Positions 56,025 through 64,000 of a stretch of 64,000 nucleotides of DNA are shown here, piece after piece; the stretch's first letter is position 1, and every line of letters starts with the position of its first letter. Where the stretch lies: the NCBI RefSeq assembly GCF_006345805.1, contig NC_043015.1:24800001-24864000 (forward strand), read 5' to 3'. The stretch comes from Octopus sinensis (Eukaryota). Under the pieces are notes generated by a model, which had not been told where the DNA came from, ran no database searches, and saw only the letters and a list, made by a program, of their open reading frames with translations. The translations under genes were made by a program, and so were the position numbers.

Positions 56025-56412
56025 GGTAAAAGGTAAAGACCCCCTTTGGTCATGTATGACCATGGGAAGTTCCCCTAGAAAGTTCCCCTAGAAAGTTCCC
56101 CTCCATTGCACCTAGAAAGTTCCCCTCCATTGCACAAGTCTGGGCAAGGATGTTTATGGAAGACCAGCAGTCACTCATGCATACCAGCCTCCCCTCATCA
56201 TTCCACCAATGTTATCCAAGGGAAAGGCAAAGGGGCCAATACAGCTGGGCACCAGTGTCAGTGCAGCTCATTTCTACAGATGAGTGAACTGGAACAATGG
56301 GAAATAAAGTGTCTTGCTCAAGAACACAACACATAGCCAGGTCCAGGAGTCAAACACTCACTACCTCATGATTGTGAGACTGACACTCGAACCACTGAGC
56401 CATACACTTTCA
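56025..56412 (-). mobile_element. tRNA-derived SINE family D with local micro-duplications at its 3' end
   Basis: Minus head atggctcagtggttcgag...gtgagtgtttgactcc, followed by gtgttcttgagcaagacacttta; repeated cctagaaagttcccc at 56063-56130. Confidence 0.75.
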
Positions 56413-58027
56413 CATATACATACATATATATATATATATGTATATACACACACAAACATATATATATATATATACATAATTATATATATACATGCGACAG
56501 GTTTCCACAGTTTCTGTCTTCCATTTTAACTCATAAAGCATTGCGTTGCTCAAAACTATAAGAAAAGACCCTTTCCCAATGTGCATTGGGACTGGACCTG
56601 AAACCATGTGCTAGCAAAACAGAGCTTCTTAACTACACAACCATGTCTGCACACACACACACACACACACACACACTCAGACACACACGCACTTATATAT
56701 TGATGTGTGTTTGTGTGTGTATGTATGTGTGTGTGCCTGGATTCATAGCATAAATTCAATATCGATCAATACTCATGTTATATACAAGATATTTTAGTGT
56801 GTGTGTGTGTGTATGAATGTATATGTATCTGTATATTCCTAGAAAATTCTATTTCATTTCATTATCAGATATAACAACAGTCTTTCTCAGTCTATGTTCA
56901 TTTTTATTAAATCATTTTCTGATACACACCTCTCTTTTTACATACATCACATTTGCTGTAACCCAGTCATACAATTATGATATTATTTACACTTTCAGCT
57001 ATCATCTAACCAACAACTAGGAAAGCTAATCACAATAACCTTGGCTATCATTAAGCTGAAACTTATGATAATCTGATAACCTTATCTCTTCCTAAGCCAA
57101 ACTTGCCTAAGTGTGAACGGTATCTCTGTAACTGTTTATTCAGAGGTTTGTAAGCATTCATTTAATCACTGAAGTCGTGACTGGTGCAGCTGTCCAAAAC
57201 ATTAGGTATTTACCATGCTACACTAGCCAAGACGTTAACAGTTCATGCCCTGCCTGTTACGTGGCAATGTATCAGCCACCTATTATCTTATTAACTCCCC
57301 TCCTTCACTCTCTTGCTTTAATGATGAATGAATGTCTATGAGGTTCCTCTATCCAGCTATAACAGCAAAAATCTCAGTCAATAGACATCCTCAGTGTTTT
57401 ATAGCAATGAAAATGTCTCGAGTTTAGTCCCACTACACAGCGCTTGAAGTAAGGGCCTTCTATCACAGCTCATTCTGGGCTGACCAAATCTTTGCAGGTG
57501 AATCTGGCAAGTGGAAACTGCGTGTGTGTGTGTCTCCTTGTCTCAACATGACATAATAGTTGTTAAGCAAGTGCACTCTCATGTAGGCGCTGTCATTCAT
57601 TTCCAGTCTATCAAGAAGATATTTGTGGACAAGGGGACAATATCTCCCTGCTTGGAAACAGGGGAGGGTTGGAAACGGGAAGAGCATCCATCCATAGAAA
57701 ATTTATCTCATCAAATTTCATCTAACACATGCAAAAATGGAAAAGTGGAAGTTAAAACAATGATGATGATGATGATGATGATGACAAATTGGATAATGTT
57801 GTCTTAGCTACATTGTGTATTGGATGAAGATTATTAGTCAGACCAGAAGTCTTACTGATTAACTACAAACCATGAGATTATCCAATGTGGAGTGAATTGT
57901 GTGAAAGCAAAAATAATAATGAGAGAAAAAAACTAGTAAATTAGATAACTTCCATTCTATATTTAAGAGATAAATTATGTACATTATTTACATTTGCTGG
58001 ATATTTGTCCTCATCTTGTTTGTTGTT

Positions 58028-58073
58028 AACACAATGTTTCAGCTGATATACCCTCCAACCTTCATCAGGTATC
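58028..58073 (-). ncRNA. Hammerhead motif (canonical CUGAUGA core, CpG-decayed helices)
   Basis: GATAC-CTGATGA-A-GGTTGG-agggtata-TCAGCT-GAA-ACAT-T-GTGTT. Helix I 5 bp with wobbles; ACAT is one CpG change from palindromic ACGT. Confidence 0.65.
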
Positions 58074-58168
58074 TTGGGGAAATTTCGAACCTGGGTTCTC
58101 ATTCCTAAGGTATTTTTTGATATTATTATTATTATTATTGTTATTATTATTATTATTATTATCATTAT

Positions 58169-58523
58169 ATCCGAACGTGGCCTTTGCCAGCACAACCTCG
58201 ACTGGCTTCTGTGCTGGTAGCACATAAAAAGCACCATCCGAACGTGGCCGATGCCAGCACCGCCTTGGCTGGTTTCCGTGTCGGTGGCACGTTAAAAGCA
58301 CCAACCGATCGTGGCCGATGCCAGACTCCCCTGGCACCTGTGCCGGTGGCACGTAAAAAGCACCCACTACACTCGCGAAGTGGTTGGCATTAGGAAGGGC
58401 ATCCACCTGTAGAAACACTGCCAGATCAGACTGGAGCCTGGTGCAGCCCCTGGCTTCCCAGACCCCGGTCGAACCATCCAACCTGTGCTAGGGCGGAAAA
58501 CGGACATTAAACGATGATGATGA
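58169..58523 (+). mobile_element. RTE 3'-tail-type repeat with internal ~57-bp tandem units, inserted in an (AAT)n spacer
   Basis: ggcattaggaagggcatcca...aaacggacattaaacgatgatgat. Related copies at 3560-3710(+), 16905-17210(-), 22710-22900(-), 24600-24930(+), 30975-31190(-), 31975-32110(-), 40630-40805(+). Confidence 0.75.
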
Positions 58524-59170
58524 TTATTATTCAGGTCACTGCCTGGAATTGAACTCGGAATCTTGGGGTAGTAGCCTGCGCGCTTAACCACACTTTTGGG
58601 AGCAATATATTCATTGTGTAGAGGAATATATTTATCAGATCGAGTAATCCTATCATTACATGAAAGAATATAGTTATCACATAGAGGAGTACCAATATCA
58701 TATATAAGATTATAATTATAAGGGAATATAGTTATAGAATGGCATACTTATCACATGGAAGAATAATATCAGAGAGGGATATAGTTATTTCTTCCAGAAC
58801 TATAGTTCTAAATTGAGGAATATGGGTGATACAGTTATTCCACTGAGTGATGAAGTTATGTTGTGTGGTTATATAACAGAAGCAAAATCTCTTTTATTCA
58901 TGCTTTATCTTCTTGCAGTGAGTTCAATTATTGCTGTGGGCATCCCACACAAACAATGGTGAGCTCTTATGAATTTCCTGGGGTAAAAAACAGACTCCAA
59001 ATGAAGATGGGAACAGGTTGAGTATATATTGTAAAGAGGAATAAACTAGATAAATGCCATGAGAAGGAATTTGAGGAAGAAGCTGTGGTAGCCATTGAGA
59101 AAAGGAAACAAAATGAATATCACAGCTGGAAAGAATGCTGGAATATTGCAGCCAACATTTCCAGATATTT

Positions 59171-59573
59171 TTACTCTTTTAACTGTTTCAGTCATTTGAC
59201 TGTGGCCATGCTGGAGCACTGCCTTTATTAGTGCAAATTGACCCCAGGATTTATTCTCTGTAAGCCTAGTACTTATTCTATCAGTCTCTTTTGCTGAACC
59301 ATTAAGTTACGGAGATGTAAACACACCAGCATCGGTTGTCAAGTGATGTTGGTGGGGACAAACACAGACAAATAAATATATACACACACATACATATATA
59401 TAATATAGAACTATACGACGGGCTTCTTTCAGTTTCCATCTACCAAATCCACTCACAAGGTTTCAGTTGGCCTGAGGCTATAGTAGAAGACACTTGCCCA
59501 AGGTGCCATGCAGTGGGACTGAACCCGGAACCATGTGGTTGGTAAGGGAGCTACTTACCATACAGCCACTCCT
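59171..59573 (-). mobile_element. Full-length family B SINE
   Basis: Colinear and highly similar to 13993-14374. Confidence 0.85.
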
Positions 59574-62439
59574 GTTACCACATTTCTAATGAAATACATC
59601 ACCTTTCTTTCAGTTAATTTGGAAAATAAGGAACAATTTTGTAAAATGACCTCATGCTTGGAACACAATTTAGCATAAATTTTAATAGAAACTTTTAATT
59701 TAGATTACTTCAAAATAAGAATTTTGTAACATAGAGCTAGGAGTTGTCACACGTGACTTGGTACCAAAAGAGTTACTCTGTACAGTGTGCCATCCACAAA
59801 TGTAGCAAAAATATTTCAACATAAAAACTTAACATTCTTCCATTGCTTAGTCCTTGCATACCACCTTTACTGGTTTGAAATTTTAACACAAGAGCAGCAG
59901 GTTTGGGGTGGGGGGATAGTTGATTACATTAGCCCAGTGTTAAACTGGTATTTTTTTTATCAGCCCCAGAAGGATGAAAGGCACAGTTAACCCCAGCAGA
60001 CTTTGAACTCAGAACGTCAGGATGGACGAAATGCCGCTAAGCATTTTGTCTGGCCTGCTAATGACTCTGCCAGCTCGCTGCCTTATACCACCTTTATATT
60101 AACTACTGTAGTAATAGCATTGGTCAGATATATTTGATGGTGGTTTCAAAAATGCCCAAAATCAGTGCCAAACAACCAAATAGTCCTGCATTCAAATGTT
60201 ATTGCAACAGTCATTGTGAGATTCTTCCAAGAATGCCTTTAATGCTGTTGTCTCAGACAAATAGAATTTTAAGTGTGTATATCTTTACCAGAGAGTGTAG
60301 ATTCCATTTGAAGCAGAGTGGTATAAGAAAACAAGAAATAAACCTAAGAACTTTATCCAGCATGAAAAGAGAATTGATGCTTTATTCACACATAGTGGTC
60401 TCTGGTTTGGAGTAATTCTTTATCTGTTTTGCTTCTGCAGATGGAAGATACTCCAACATATAAAAAACGATTTAATATAATCATTCATTCTCTTTGCATT
60501 CTAAAAATCTTCCTGCATTATTTGTTTATTGTTTTGATGTATTATTATATAATGCAATCAAAGCTGGTGGTTGGTGGGGCAGATCTTTCATTAAATAAAT
60601 GCCCGTGATTTAGGGCTGAATCTTTACAAATAAAGACACTGTAATATAACCCTTTAGCAAGGTACAAACAGTATTTCAACTCAATGAAATACAAAATAGA
60701 AAAATGTATGACAGAGAATTACATTTGTTGTACAGGAGATGTTTGCAAATGAAGTACCTATATCTTCATACTAGGAATATACCCTTCTTTTTTGTCTTTT
60801 CCATGACCTTAAATATTCTCTTAATTTATATTCCAAATATGAATTATTCTCATAGAAACCATTACTAACATACCAATCATATTTATTACCTTGCTTCACT
60901 ATATTTATATAGTCAACAAGTTTTTACACCTGCTGTCTATGAGTTAATGAAGGAGACCCTAAGCTGTCATTTGATCAGCTGGAAACAGCAGCCCAACACC
61001 CTTATTAGATGTAAAGAAAGAAGATTTCATAAAGTAGTTTTCAAAGCACACTACTCCAGAGGTCACGATTGGAATGATTTTGATCATAACTTCGTTTAAC
61101 CAGGGCTGATTTGGGCCTCACCATTAGTAAAACAACACTTATTTGTTGTTTATTTGACCAAATCAATTTTGCTTAGTTAAGTCACTTTTGCCATCAGAAA
61201 AGCATTGAACCACCGACTGGTTTGTTAAAATCCCTTAAACAATCACTCTTTTCCTTTGCATTGATTTTCCTGTTTTGTTTAGAAATTTTTATACTCATAT
61301 CTCTATAACTATTTTATAATGATTTGATGCCATTTACAACCGTCTGCCCATCGTTTACTTTATTTTTAGACTTAATATATAATAAATGAAGAAATAATTA
61401 ACAATAGATTATCAGATAATAAATACAGATAGTAAATCAGTGTTCATCAAGAGGTTATCGATAGGTTATCAACATATTATAAATAAAATACTAGCTATTA
61501 ATGTCAGTGGCAAAGTATTCTGTGGAAAAGTACATTTCTCAATTAGTACAAATAGTTGTTCCAACAAAAACACTTCAACAATTCTAGCTTTGAAATAAAC
61601 AAACATAAATCAATAAAATAGCAGTTCATCCTCTGGCTAATGCACTACTACCTTGAGCAGGGTATTTAACACTCATTGCTTAAGAGAAATACAAGGAAAA
61701 TAGTATATGTTGATATGCAACAGACTGGGTAAAATCTAACCCTTGTATTATTTGAGTGTTAGACTGAGGCTAAGGTCTGTTATGATTCCTAGTACTTGGA
61801 AGGCTGGAGCTTAACTCATTTTCCATGGTACATAAGTGCTTAACATTACAAATTCCCTGCAGGGTGGGACACCAGTCTCTCACAAGTTAAACTTCCCAGC
61901 TAGTGCTAGAATTCATTTATAGCTGAATGGACAGAAATAATACAATGTGTCTTATGTAGTTTTTCCTCCAGTATGTGGTAGATCAATACTTATTATAGAC
62001 CATTTAATATCATACCTAACATTCCTCCCTTTAAGGCTCCATATAAATTTAGAGGAGAAAAGTTTTTGTTTTCCTATATTTAAATGAAAAAACATGACTC
62101 TATAATTCAACTATAAGAAACTTAGATCAAATAATAGTAATGCATAATGCTAGTAAGGCAAGGCATTATATAATAGTAATAAGGATGGAAGTAACAATAA
62201 TAATTGTAATAATAGTTATAATTGTAACAATATTAACAGTTAAAATACTGTTAATGATAATGATGATGATAATAATAAACATAGTAATAATAATTTCTGT
62301 TATTTGCCACCAGGAAATATTGATAATATGAACAACTTAGATTAATATATGAATCTGATATATCTGGTTCAAATAGAGAATATCAAATGTATTATATTTT
62401 AACAGGGAAAAGTTTCCTAGCTCAAAACCTAATATTGAC

Positions 62440-62880
62440 AATAGGAGGAAGGGAAAATTTTTACATAAACAATATCTATATGAAATCATATAAATGACCA
62501 TTAAAAAAGCCAACAGGGGAATGTACTTACTGTTATATAGGCACTTTCACAACTGATTTTAAAACAAGAGTAACCAATCGCGTTTCTTTATTTAAATATA
62601 GGACAAAAACAAAAAAAGAAAACTTCACTTCTTTAAGTAGATTTATTTGGAGCTTAAAAGAGAGGAATTTTTAGGTGTGATATTAAATGAGCGATATGAT
62701 GAATAGTACACCACCACATAATGGAGGAAAACTCAAATGTAACTTATGCATATCCTTATATCCATATCTAACATATTAAATAAAAGAAATTAATGTTAAG
62801 AAGTGCACATTTACTTAGAAGAACATTTACAACCTTGCCAAACTGATGAAGTACTGATACGTGCATTCTTAGGTCTGACT
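62440..62880 (+). mobile_element. Degenerate PLE GIY-YIG C-terminus followed by hammerhead remnant
   Basis: Reads CYIGTFTTDFKTRVTNRVSLFKYRTKTKKENFTSLSRFIWSLKERNF*...KLKCNLC, the YIG...FK.R...LS..IW.LK...CNLC pattern of PLE endonucleases. CTGATGA-A-GTAC-tgatac-GTGC at 62843 with GAAA lost. Confidence 0.7.
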
Positions 62881-64000
62881 TTCTTTGTCTGGTTTATTCA
62901 ATGTAGTTAACATAACTCGTACCATTTAGTGAATACACTAATATTTACTTTATCGAATTATTCTAGTTATCTTAATTTTCTAATTATCATTAGTCCTATT
63001 ATTATTGTTGTTGTTCTATAATTATTTATTTTAATTTGTTTTTTAGATTCTGTATTTAGATTGCTAGATTATTATTTTATAATTATTTGAATATTTCTTT
63101 TATTCATTTTTTAAATTCATCTTGTAATTCATTTTTTTATCTTAGTTCATCTCGATCATATTACAATTATTTATTTTAATTTATTTAGATATTTATTCTT
63201 TTAAGGAAAATTATTTTTTTTAAATAGAATATCTTTAGTGAATAATATATTTTTTAAATTTTTCTTTTGTAGTCTTCTTAACTCAACCTGTCTTCTGCTA
63301 AGCTTATATTTCAAATTAATACTGATGAAATGACATTTCCTTCATGACCTAAACGATCTTCTATTGAATTGGTTAGTTCCACTCACCACTTCTGTCTATT
63401 CAAATTGGTCAGTAAATTTTAAATAAGGCAGGAATGTTGCTTTAAACATTCTTCAAATTGATGTGTGGGACTGAAGAAACTACAATTGCAGCATAATATG
63501 ATAAACACACTTCCAAAGCTAGTCAGATTTTGCTGGTTTACTGTTATATTATCTCCCTTGAAATGCTCTCTATTCCAAGGAGTGTCATATAGTTTGGATA
63601 AGGATAGGATGCTGCAAGATTTCTCTATTACTGTAGAAAATCAGTTGATAGAATAGGGGATTGACTATAATGCATGATTTCTGCATTGCAGATTTCTAAA
63701 ATTTGATGTTCTATCTGAAGCATGTGTAAGCTTTTTAAAGTATGTATAACTCTCCATTCTCTGTGAGTTTATATTAAATTCATTTAATGTTTGAGCTTTA
63801 GATTAACAAATTGGGCAGGCAGTGGAAAGTAGTTTTACTGTGTTGGTGGATTACAATGGTTTTCACTGGACAATTTAGTTATCTAAATTATATATTTTCA
63901 GAGTGTTTATAAAGTATCCACCTGGATTTGTAATACCATCATTCCTTTGTGTATATATATATATGTGCATGTGTGTGTACATATATATATGTATGTATGT

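Larger units (their letters stand above)
57960..58592 (-). mobile_element. Putative SINE: tRNA-like head (58532-58592) + (AAT)n + hammerhead-bearing tail (57960-58125), interrupted by an RTE-tail insertion
   Basis: Head gtggttaagcgcgcaggctactaccccaagattccgagttcaattccagg with a GTTCAATTC B box; (AAT)n lies on both sides of the insertion. Confidence 0.55.

Noticed and set aside
58169-58350. Regularly spaced ~57-bp repeats resembling a CRISPR array (also 17040-17200)
   Set aside because: Whole units repeat with no unique spacers; internal tandem repeats of an RTE-tail element in eukaryotic DNA.
58532-58592. tRNA gene (also other SINE heads)
   Set aside because: Truncated, with broken stems and embedded in SINE bodies; not functional tRNAs.
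58600-58830. Recurring gaatatagttat motif
   Set aside because: Highly degenerate AT-rich minisatellite with no further structure.
63322-63360. CTGATGA followed by an ATGA/TCAT stem (similar at 1543, 13838, 21623)
   Set aside because: No properly placed GAAA or NUH; compatible with chance or advanced decay.

Overview
AT-rich, microsatellite-saturated eukaryotic DNA, most likely an octopod cephalopod. That is an inference from the repeat families and the invertebrate-type CCDC39 exon; it was not checked against a database. Nearly all ORFs in the supplied track are microsatellite artefacts. The only confidently recognised host coding sequence is one 160-bp internal exon of CCDC39 (minus strand, 32347-32506). 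The rest is retroelement and transposon debris: tRNA-derived SINEs, RTE and CR1 LINE fragments, Tc1/mariner relics, MITEs and Helentron-like elements. The largest element is a 3.2-kb Penelope-like element (PLE; RT plus GIY-YIG) with 1.1-kb inverted arms. The most interesting signal is a set of minimal type I hammerhead-ribozyme-like motifs at PLE-type 3' ends. They include an apparently intact U3-A8 compensatory variant (52847-52890), a probable G3-C8 variant (37064-37098), and a hammerhead-bearing tail joined to a tRNA-like head (57960-58592). No CRISPR, rRNA or bona fide tRNA genes were seen.
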